Source: an uncultured Planctomycetia bacterium (GTDB lineage Bacteria > Omnitrophota > Gorgyraeia > Duberdicusellales > Duberdicusellaceae). From it: a DNA stretch of 64,000 nt. Shown here piece after piece: positions 51,001 through 63,000 of this stretch (position 1 is the first letter of the stretch; every line of letters starts with the position of its first letter). The position numbers and the translations under genes are program-made. Where the stretch lies: positions 10,189 through 74,188 of the forward strand of contig CAZWJT010000006.1 of the NCBI GenBank assembly GCA_964634935.1. The letters run 5' to 3'. Below the pieces are notes generated by a model, which saw only the letters and a program-made list of their open reading frames with translations, did no database searches and was not told the origin of the DNA.

Positions 51001-54000
51001 TTGCATCCCAGAATAAAGTCTCCGGTGTATTTCTTACAGAAGAAATCAGCTGCAAATGTCTCTGGGTTGCTTTCTGCGCAGATTTACTATACCTTCGCTT
51101 TAGCCAAACCATTAAACAGTAGATTAATATATTTGATTGTTTTATCTTCTCATGGGATGCTTGATGAAGCAACTGTTAACGAATTGCGCCGTATTCAAAA
51201 AGAATTCGATGTGCTGATATCTTCCTCTACTAAGATACAAAGAGAAATTGATCATGTCATGCATATATGGGGAGTAAGGCCTGAAACGAATAACAGGGAG
51301 GATGCTAATCAGAAGGGTTCGGAACCGGTATATTCTTTATCCATGGCATTATTACCCATATCTGTAGTTATGATTGCCTTGGGGATATCTCTTTTAATCT
51401 TTATTCTAGCGGTTCGCCCGGGAGAATTTTTAACTAAACCATGGATACGGAGTAATGCGTTGGTTGTTGCGGCATCGCTTTTTGGCTTTGGACTCGGCAT
51501 GGTCTTTGTTCTCTGGCTCGTATTAGGTAACTTTACGATCGCTGCTTTTATTGGCGTGGTTTATTTTATTGGCTGTTTCATATTTATCAAACAGCTGGAA
51601 CAGGATAGTATTAGGCAGTCGTTAGAACAGGACAGAGAAGAAGCGCAGTTAAGGCAAGCGCGGGCGAAAGAGGATAAAAGAAGAAGAAAAGAGAAAAGAA
51701 GAGAAAGAAATGAAGCTGTCAGGGCAAAAGCTGACAAGTTAAAACAAATGACCCCGGTTTGTCAAAAATCTATTAAACAGCCAATGCCGCAGAGGTTGCC
51801 AATAAAGCCGGTTAAGAATGCCAGACAAATTTTTGAAGAGCATTTACTGGGATTTGTTGTGGGTGGTCCTACCGCAGAAGACAAAGAGAGGATTAAACAG
51901 TTTGTTTTATACTGTGACATTACCGGGACGTCTTCTATCTGGGCTGCGGTATGCGCGGCATTTTTTACGCGAGATATTCATGGGCAATACCTTTTCAGTG
52001 AACGCAGCTTGGCCACGTTTTTACGACACGTTGCTTCTTCTCAATTGTCCATTACAATCGGATGGATCAAGAATTTTATCGCTCAGGTAGAAGAAATGAA
52101 CCAGCTCGTCGAAGGTGATGGCAGGGTTTTGCGTAAACGTGATTATTTAGCATGCCTGGCAATCGTCGATAGCTTAAACTTGCACCGGCCGTACTTATTG
52201 CCTACGCAAGGAAGAGGCATCGCATTCGCGGAATTAAGGTCATTTAAACAGAGGCGGACGGCATTTATCCAAGGAGAAATTGATCTTTTGCGCTTGCGCA
52301 GTACGATAGCTTCCATTGTGCTGGGTGATGAGGTGAAAGAATTATGTAGTGAAGTCTCGTTGCTGTCTCCTTTTTTTGTGCGGCATTTAGTCGAAGAGTA
52401 TCCCGAGGGTGAGTTTTTCGGTCGGGATAATCAAAAAGTGCTTCATCGACAGCTTGGATTAAAAACGGGCATTGGACTATCCGCCATGAAAACAACAGTC
52501 GCGCAGGAAGTATATTTTGCGAATGCAGATTATATCGGGTGGCCGTTCGTTAAGGCGTTCTATCAAAACAGGATTTCTTGCCGGGAACGCACCATGCGGC
52601 ATTTGGAAAAGTTTTGCGATATAGCTGATATGCAGAGTAGCTATGCGGAATATCAACATGAACTGGATCGAATTGAAGCATTGCTGGTATCGGTTCCTTT
52701 TTCAATCGAATATCTCGATAGATGCGCCAGTCACACTATGCGCGATATGAGTAAAAATAAGCAATTCGCTTTATCAGCGACCCGTATTACGGCCATAGCG
52801 ATGAGTCGTGGCTTTATTCTATTGTCTGATATCAGTCAAAGCTCCAGCTTTCCCGGGGTCGAAAATGCCCAGTTAAAAAGATTGCTTTTACAGCATGTCG
52901 AGATGGTGCTTGCAGATATTTCTGCAGCAAAAGAACGGGAACGGCAGGCCTGGCAGGAGGAGAAAGAAAAAAGAAAGCAAGTAGAGTTACTTTTAGCTTC
53001 GATCGCGGTTTTGACGCGCGAAGGAAGATTTAGCGAAGCAAAACCTTTGGCGCAAGCTGCCTCCGAACTCGATAGCATCGCGTTTCCGCTTTTTGTGTTA
53101 GTGAGTGCACCGGTTGAAAGAAAAGTTTTTGAGTCACAGCTTACAGCATTGGCTTTTGCGTTGAAGGAGCAAGATAAAGCGCGGATTGCCCGTAGTGCTG
53201 CCTATTTTGCTAATCTTATGCAAGAGTTTGCACAGGTTTTAGGGTTGCTTTTGTCTAGGCTTAATTTTTCTGCGGATATTTCAGAAAGTCAGGCAGAGGT
53301 TGATGTGGCGATTTTTTATCTGCTTACGCAATTACTTCCTGGAGAAAAGACCTTAGCATTAGCGCAAAGAGTCGTTGGTTTTATTCATTACCAGGGTCCC
53401 CAGCAAGATGCTGTTTTAAGCGCAGGGATAGCGTTTTTTGAGTCTATTCCCATTCCTGATATTATCGAAAGAGGCGCGCGTGAGGCGCCATTAGAAGTTA
53501 AAATCGCCAGTGATGAAGAGGCGATGATTACCCAGTATCTTGGGGAGATCGGACAGTATCGGTTGTTAACACATTTAGAAGAAATTGTTCTTGGAGTCAG
53601 AGCCCGGTGCGCGGCGGGTAAATCAAGAGAAAAGGCGATTGAGGCACTTATCTTATGTAACCGCCGGCTTGTAGTTTCTTGGGCAAAGAAATATCGCTGG
53701 TCAGGAATTAACTTTTCAGACTTGGTTGGCGAAGGAAATCTTGGTTTGATACGGGCGGCAGGAGTTACAAGAAAGAATAAAGTTACTGGGCTACCAACAG
53801 ACAAGGAACCGAAGGAGCGGGAATACAGGAAATTCGATCCGGCGCACGGAAGCAGGTTTTCTACTTACGCATCGTGGTGGATTCGTCAGGCAATTATCCG
53901 ATTCATAAAAAGCAATAGAGGGCAGATTCGTCTGCCGGAAAGTTTACGGCAGGCAATAGACGATTTTAAAGCATTGTGTGCCCAAAAAGGGTTTAATCCG

Positions 54001-57000
54001 GAAGATCCCAACCTCACCTCGGAAGATGTAGGCATGCTTCCGCAACGATTTAATACTATCCGCGCGGGAATGTTTTTAGTATTTTCGCTTGATCCTGGAG
54101 GAGAAGAAGTTGACGAGAGACAACCTCGTTTAGCCGATGTTATCGGTGAACGAGACGACAGTATTGAGCTATCATCGGTAGAGAGAGTTTTACGCGGAGT
54201 AGTTGCAAAAACAGAAAGACGCCTGCGGGAACAATGGTCAAGGGTCAATTCACAGAAAGAGGTTGAACGAAATATCTTGATATTTGAAATAAGACTTGCG
54301 TCTTCATTAGGGCTGGGGATAGCAGAGTATTCAACTTTGGAAGAGACTGGAGAAAGAGTAGAACTTACTCGTGAGAGAGTAAGGCAGATAGAGAAGCAGG
54401 CCCGTCCTATTTTTGAGGAAGAGCTATTATCCTCCGGTGTGACCCTAGAGGAAATTAAAGGGTTGCGTAACAGTGTCCAAAACCGTTCCAGAGATAACTC
54501 TGTTTTTTCAAGTCCCGCGATCGTTACGCCGGTAGCGATGGATGGAATAAGCAACTTCAGCTTGCTTGCTTTTTTGTGCATGAGTTTATTTGTGTTTTCG
54601 GTATTATGGGCAACTCAAAATCCGCGCAGCCCGCCGCAGGAGAGAGATGCTCATGTTTCTGCTGCAACCCACAAGAAAGAAAAACTCCTGCCTGTCATTC
54701 AAAAGAAATACGGCCTCGGGAATATTTTACATCTCGAAGATACCTTTAATCAGGCACGCATCATCACGGTGGTCATCTTTGGATGTATCGGTGCTCTGAT
54801 CGGCGTTTTGATACACGTTTCTCCTGGTTCAGGCTATTTAGGGCTCATGATCTCGGCTGTCATTGGCGGAGTGGTTTTGATTGTTGTTCATAATTGGATA
54901 TTTCCTAAGTCACCAGTCCGAGAAACCGAAGGGATACTGAGCGATCTGGAAAGGTCTTCTTCGCCGGAAATCTTGGACGGTATTTTCCGAGCGCTTCGCA
55001 TTCAATCACAATCCAAGGGGTTTATACAGCCAGTGGATTTATTGCACGGATGGACGGCGGGCGTGGTTCAGGAAGTCGGAGAATTTGCTTCTCCATCAGG
55101 GCATCCATTAGCCGCATTGCCGTTACCTTTTTCAGTTGTTCATCCTTTGGATGTTTTTGCATATGATAATTCGCGAGAGTTCATCACCTATGCATTTAAG
55201 ACAGTTTATGGAGAACTTGGGGTATCCGAGGAAACAATGGATGGGATTATCAGGATTCTTACCGATTCATACGGTCAGGATTTATCTACGGTAGCGCGTA
55301 GTCTTAGGGAATACATCTTATCAAGGGATATTGCGGATATTTTTGAGCGATACAGGCGGCAAAATTCTATTGATAAGAAATTTGAATTGGTGCGACCATA
55401 TCTACAAGGACCAGTAGTTGCGGATATCGGAACAGGAACCGGGGAGTTAGCGTTGCGTATCCTTGATCGACTTCCACAGGTAAGAAAGGTTATCGCAACC
55501 GATTCCGTATCTTATCTTGGGGTAACACATCCGCAGATAGACTTTAGACAGCAGACCCATGAGAATGCGCTCCCTCTAGAATCGGGATTAGTCAATACCG
55601 CATTGCTCAGTTATGTTTTTCATCATATGAGCCGAGACACACAGCAGGATATTGCCGATGAACTTTATCGTATTCTTGCTCCCGGAGGCAGAGTTGTCAT
55701 CCTGGAGGATACCTATTCTGCGGTTTTACCGGCACAACAGTCGAGTGAGCTCATGAAGCGTTTTGTGGCACTCGAATATTTAGCGCAAATGCGGGTTTTG
55801 GGTTTGAGCGACTGGTTGAGTTTTCAGGTATTCCGCGGATTTGATATCAGCTTAACATTCACCTATCGCACCCTTGAATCATGGGCAAGGTTCTTTGAAG
55901 CGGCAGGTTTTCGTATTCTGCAAACAGATTTTATCGGCCGGCCCCAGGGTAATTTTCACATAGTTCCCCGCGGATTAATTGTAATCGAAAAAGTTTCCGA
56001 AGATGAGAAGGAATTTGATCCTAGGCCATTATTCCCAATCCGAGCAATCATGCGGCACGATCCTCATCTTTGCGAAGGTGCGCTCAATATTGGCACAGTT
56101 CAGAGAGATCCATCGTTAAGCGGTAAAGATATTCTCGGCTTTAATTTTGAGAACATCATAGATAAATTCCGCACCTTTATTTTAAGGCATAACGAAGAAG
56201 AACTAGCGAGTCTCACGCTGTGCCAAACACACGATGCGATATATTTTAGGATCCGCTTAGCTGAGCGGTTGAGGAACAAAGGTATCGGCAGTGCGTGGTT
56301 TCATGATCTCCTTGTGCCTTATTTTTCAAGCCTTGCTGATTCAGGGATACAAGATATACGTACGTATTGGTACTGCGCAGAAGGCGGTTATGGCGAATTT
56401 GTCATGGAGAAACTACATTTTGCTCATAAAAGAGCGATAACCCTGGATACCCATGAAATAGTATATTTTTGTGCATCAATGGTGAATAGATGTAGCCCTA
56501 TTCAGCCAGACAAAGGTGTTGGTCAGTCTTTGGACCAGTCGTCTTGCTCTCAGCTTGGCGTTGCTTTATCTGGAACAGGAATCATAGGATCACTGATTTT
56601 ATTCTGTGTGTCTGCGTGCGTCGTGTGTATGTTAGCGCATGCATCGCAGGGCAATAGGGTACGTGTTTTAGATTCTTCAGACAGAACAAGCCCGGAGAAT
56701 TTGCTTGTAGGTGAAAGTGTGTTTACCCCGGTTGATGTAATCGCGCATGATATTTTTCTGCAAGCACGAAATGGTAACGCCTCAGGGTTTAAATTACGCT
56801 GGGATTTGCGCTTTATGCATTATCAGGAATTCATTAAGCACGCCGCGGCGATAAACATCGCAGTCCGAAAACTCGTCCAGAGCTCACCGCGTTATAGCCG
56901 AGAAGTAATACGCCAAGCGCTTCTTACGAGAATCGAGATGGTCGATCAAAGCATGAAACCTGTTTCCGAAGGAGGATATCTGGCGTCATTATCGGAGAAA

Positions 57001-60000
57001 GGAAGGGGAATTGTAGACTGTGCGAGGAAAATAGCTGTATCCCGTAATTCCAGGAGAACTATTCTTTTGTATCAATTAGAGCGGCTGATCGATGTGCCAT
57101 TTGATTGGTTTACGTCTTTATCCTATCCCTCCCCCCAGCAGCATCTGTTCATTGGTTTTATGCCTACAGTCGGTTGTTCTTCTCAATGCGATCATTGTTA
57201 CTTGAATACGCCATTCTGCGTCTATAGCATGCCGTGGATCTGGGTTAAGCAATTGCTGCAGCTGTGGCCGCACATCCGTCCAATGTGGGAAACCGCCGAC
57301 TATATCCGAGATTATTATGATTGGGTTTTTGACAAAACAGCAGTGGATATTATCAAGGAATGCGCCGAAAATATTTTTGAAGATAATTTTGCTTCGATTA
57401 GTACCTCAGGGATTCGTCCAGGGTCTTCCGTTGCTTCTGCCTTGAACGGATTATGTCAGTTTTTGTATGACAGAGAGTATCATTTGCGGATGCAATGGAG
57501 TTTTGCTCCGAGCGTTGAATTGCGGATATTGGGAAAAGAAAATTTTGTGAAGATGCTTGAATTCAATGCGCTCGTCATGCGCCAGATTCGTCAATCCGGG
57601 GGTGAGGTTCTCCTCCCTTGGTATGATTTTTGCCGCGATAGCGACCAGGACGTAGATGTTGCGTCTTTGCTCATGTCATTCGCTGGTTCCGCTTACGCAC
57701 CAGAGCCAACGCCCTGGATTGCGGAGAGGGGAAGATTGCGCGCTTTGCAAGCACAGGGAGTAAGATTTGTTTCTCATGCGACGAAGTTCTATCAGGGGAA
57801 CATGCCCTCTGATGATTGTTTGTGTTTATACCGCGTTATGCCCAACGCGACCTTAGGCAAAAGATCGTTAGACCGCGATCAGGACGTCAATTATGTCCAT
57901 GAACGGTCGCTGCTGAAAGATGAAACAGGTGATGGTAAGACAAAACATACTTTGTGTACTGTATGTAATCTGAATTGTCCTCAGCGAAAAGAATGTTTGG
58001 TTACCTTGGGGTTATCGAAAACCGGGGGCAAGGTAACTCGTCTATCGAGTTTTGCCGTCGAAACGCCATTCACAACAACGGGAAGTATCGTCATCGCAGT
58101 GTTTATATTTTGGTTGTTGCTTAGTCCGCTCCATTTTTCTCGGGATAAGCGTGACGCCAGAAAAAAGCAGAAGGCGCAAAGGTATAGAGATTTTTTAGAT
58201 AAAAAAGGCAAGCCAGGCATGCGAATTTCTTCTCATGTTTCTGCGCGAATTCGGGAAATTAAACCCGGTAAGATCGTTGATCCGCTGGAGCAGTATATAG
58301 TCACTAAGCGGGAGCAGTTTAATTCCCTGTATTATATTTTCACGGACCTAATTAATCAAGATGGTCCGCAGAGTGAATATATCTTGCGCAGTGTTCCCGA
58401 TATCGCAGGTTTTCTGTATCTGGCCAATCTTTTGGCCGAAGAAATTCCGCAAACAAAATGGGCTGATTTTATTCGGCCGATCCATACCGGCGATGGTTTT
58501 AGTTTCGATTGGATTCTTTCCATTGCTCAGTTATCCACCGAAGAAGAACGCTTTATGGCTCTTTTAAGGCGGATCATGCAGATTGATCAAACTCCGCTTA
58601 CAATGCTTTTTGAAGGTACGAGGAATCGGTTACGCGGATATGTACGAGGCGGTTTATCGGTAGAACAATTGTATGCAATGGTGTGTTCCATTAAACGGGA
58701 CTATCGGTTATGGAATCAGCGCGAAAAAGCGGATGCCAGGGATAAAGCCATAAAGCGAGAGAAATATGTATCCTCATTTATGAACAGCCCGCTTGATCTC
58801 AAACGATTTGCCATAATGAGGGCGTTGAATTTCCGTATACCGCAACATATTCTTACACCAAAGAATATTACTGCGCTTTGTTTAACCGATGCCTGTCCGC
58901 TTCAATGTCGGCACTGCTTGCAGGGGTTTACTGGGAGGGGTAAAGCTTTAACCGAGGAAGAAGTCTTGGGGGCGGTTGATTATTCCAATGAGCAAAATGT
59001 ACATGGTTTGCTTTTAAGCGGCGGAGACGCGTGGCTTAAAAAAGACTTGGTACGGGTTGCAATTTTAGAAACAAACGCAAAGATTGTCAATATTGCTACA
59101 ACCGGTGTCTGGGCAAAGACGCTTGAATCAGCGCGGAGTGTTTTATCAGAGATACAGACAATGTACGATGAGCGCGTAGCTTCTGGTAAGAGGCCGGTTA
59201 AAATTAGCGTTGATTTAAGTATCGACGCGTTTCACCGCGGACGGCACATGAACAACGATGGGAATATTGCTGATCGTGTCCCGGCAGCGTATGTTGCCAA
59301 TCTTGTTCAGGTCGCGCTCCAGGAGTTTCCCTTGCTGCGCGTAGGTTTAAGCGGGCAGATGATGCTGCCGATGGATTGGCAAGATGAAATATTAGTTGAG
59401 TTTGCCAACCGGGGTTTACAACCGATACTAAGAATTACCGATTCTCTTCAGGGTACTACTGATGCCGGCAGAGAAGTTGAGTTTATGACGCAAGGAAAGA
59501 TTATTTTTAAGAACAGCAAGTTTGAAATTGGTTTAGTAAATATGGCAACTGTGCAAATAGGACGAGGTGTTTTATTGTACTGGGATGAGATTGTCAGCCA
59601 GTGGAATACGGTTTTTATCGATAAGGATGCGCTTAAAATTCCCAGTCAGGTTAGTCTGACAATATGCGGTGATGGTCAAGTATACCATGGGGATGAAAGC
59701 GTAAAAATTATGACGCTGGGATCATTCCGTAACAGATGTGAAATACCATCAACTATTGCGCTGGAAGACAGAAGAAAAGAAGTGGCGCAGCGCTTAAAAG
59801 AGATATTGCACTCTACCTGTAATGATCCGTTGGTTATTCTTCGCTATGTCCACCCTGTTCTGATTCGCCGGATTGCCGAGGAGATAGCAGGACCCCAAAG
59901 AATAGGTAATGCTGGACCTAATGTCTGGAATGTGTATTTACAATATCCTGAAACCAGACTTTATTTAACACAATATGCAGCGCTCATTCTTGCAGGATTT

Positions 60001-63000
60001 CATTCTCAGAGCAAAGATGTTTTTAAAAAGATGAATTCTCCCGGGCCGATCTATACACCGGCGGATTTAATGAATGCTGGTATATCGACTGATGTCCGGA
60101 TATTGCAAGCCGAATACAAACGCAATAGAGAGAATCGGCTCAGAGATAATCCCGTACCGTTTGACGATATTGACGAGATTAAGCCGTATCAGCGCTATGT
60201 ATCAATAGCTCAAAGAGAAGAGTACCGGCGCCACGGTTTTTGTGTCGATGAAGCAACGGGCCGTCCTTATAAACCCGGTACTTTAGATGAGCCAGCATGG
60301 TTTTCATCTTCTTCTATCACCCCGGTGATGACCTTTGATGGGTTTACTGCATCTGTTGGTTTTGTGTTCATGCTGTCGGTTGCCGCCCTTCTGTGTTCGG
60401 TTTTATGGGCAGCCCAGAATCCGCGTGATCCGCCACACAAGAACATAGAATTTACCTTTGGTCATGAAAGTCATCCCAATATCCCCAAGTTTCATCGAGA
60501 AGGTCTTGACAAGAGTTTTTTCCCATCGGAAGAAATCGTCGCAGTTTTAGAATCACAAGATAAAAAAGGTTCTTTGGAAGCCACCGTTACTCTGTGTGAA
60601 GAAAATAATGTATGTATCTGTCTTGTCCTTATGCCAGTTGGTGAAATTCTGGCAAGGATAGAAATGAGTAGGCAGGATTATATTGTAGTGACGAGACGAA
60701 ATCCGACACTGCCACGCGATATTACGGATATCGTTATGAAGCAGGATAGTACTGTTCGAGAGAGCGATCCTTTTTGGGTGGGGGATGTGATTGTTACTCG
60801 GAAGTATTACGCCCATTTGCATTGGATGGCCGCTATTACACATTTTGAAATTCATCCCTGGATACGCCAAAGAGGGATTGGGGATGCGTGGTATAGAAAA
60901 TTTGTTGAACCTTACATTCGGCAGTGTGGTTTCGATATTATTCTGGTGAGAGGAACCTGTCTGGATGATTTGTACATTAGTAATTTCTGGTATGATCAAG
61001 GTTTTTCTGAAAGCACCCCATTAACTCAGCTGATCGGTGGCGAGACACTCATGGAGTATATTTCGGTAAAAAAATTGGATTTTGTATCGCAAGAACCGAA
61101 TCGGGAAACAACCAGTGGAACAGAGAGTCAGGAATCATCACGGTCCAGTGTTCCTTCGCTTATGATCGGCGGCACGAGTAGCACGCTTCTTCCATTCTTG
61201 GGTTTTTGTGTTCTTGCCGTTTCGGTCTTGTGGGCAACAAGAAATCCTCGACGTTTGCCCTTTGGGTATCTTACCATTGAAAAAGCGCAAATTGATTCTG
61301 TTGATGAAATCGCAGATATATTTGAAAGAGAGCTGATGCCTCTTTATGCGGATGATGTAGACGGCAGTCCCTTGTGGACAAGGCAGAATTATGCACAAAG
61401 TGTGCATGATATGATCGCAGGGACAAACGAAGGACGGGAAATTGAAGCTGTTGTGTTGGTAGCTCGGGTTGACGGCTTTATCATTGGCTATATATCAGCC
61501 TGTTTTTATCCGGAAAATAATTGCGGAGAAATAAATGAGATGGCAGTTGATAGACGTTACCAAAAGCGCAAAATAGGCACCAGACTTTTGGGTGAGGCGG
61601 TTGCTGTTCTTAAATCCATTCCGCACATAAAAAAGGTTACGCTTACCGCCGACATATCTCAGGGAGAAAGATCGAGTCGGATTGCCCGTAAACTTGGTTT
61701 CCGGGATGAAGATGATACTATGACTTTCCCGATTGCCGATGACACAAGACGGAATCTTCTTTCTCTCTGCCCCGATTTTATTTTTCCGGTTGCGGTGATA
61801 GTATTTTTTGCGTTTCTCAGCATGAGAAGGAAAGAAGCTTTTACGGAAAATTATAACCCGGACACAAAAACAAAAAAGATTGAGGTTGCTGATGGCGATG
61901 ACCCTCATCGTGCCAAGGAAAATAATTCACTTCCTCAGGATAAGTTCGCGCGGGAAGAGGCGATCCAAAGGGAGATTACCCGGAGTACAGTTGTAGGTGC
62001 GCTTGGACGGCAATACATTATTGATGCTTCTTTACAGGTGCAATATGTTGTTCCCCAAAAACAATCCGAAGTAAGATATATTTTAGGTCAGATATCAGCT
62101 CTCAAGATTCGGGCTGGGCCATTTGCTAACCTTTGGGGAGTCATCCGCGCTGACACTCTCTATCTCGATGATTCACTAATAGATCCCTTAAACCGAGATG
62201 AACTTTTGCTTACCTTATTACACGAGGCGTCTGCTTTAGCCTATCCTCGAAATTCAGATAAAGAAAACGAATCTTTTGCCAAAACTTGCAGCAAACCGCT
62301 CAGAGAACAAATAGAATTTAATTATATCGGTGATAAAAGCAGCGGGCAATGCAGTATTTATCAGGTGGGTTGGATTATGAATCATCTCTATGCAATGCTG
62401 TATGCCCACAAGAAATTGCTTGAACGTACGAGCAGTGAATTTGGTCCTATTGGGCGTGTTTACGAAGGAGCGTTTTTAGTCGAATGCGGTATGTTTCAAG
62501 TTACCCCTGCAATTGTTCTCAGAAGGTTGATTTCTTTTATTCCGGCTATTTCCGGAGCAAAAATATTTGATTTCGGTTGTGGTGATGGTTGGACGGCATT
62601 TCGTTTAGCTGCGTATGGCTTTTTCGTTGATGGAGTTGAAGTTAACTCTCAGTGGGTTACTATGGCAGAGCAGGCTAAGGATAAGCTTTTTTCGTGGGCT
62701 AACCTTGTGCGAGATACAACCCTAAGCAAAAAATTAGAAATGGTTGCCAGCGCAGTTTCAATCCGTGAAGCAGACATACTTCAACAAAAATTTGATTTCT
62801 CTCCGTATGATATTGTATATCTTTATTATCCTGAGCCACGCGCCGAATGTGAAACATTTCCCGTAGATGTGGCGCGGGTTTTAACCGATTTCCACTTAGG
62901 AATGAATTTAAACGCGCGGTTTGTTGTCACTCGCCAACGTTCAATCAATGCTCCGGTTTTTCCCGGCTTTGTACGCTTACCTCAAGAAGAAACAATTATT

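Noticed and set aside
38640-58020. Nucleotide-level repeats / CRISPR-like or IS-like repetition suggested by the R1-R3 similarity
   Set aside because: The similarity is at protein level. Nucleotide identity is about 70-75% with no exact direct repeats, no regular spacing and no terminal inverted repeats. Not a CRISPR array or mobile element.
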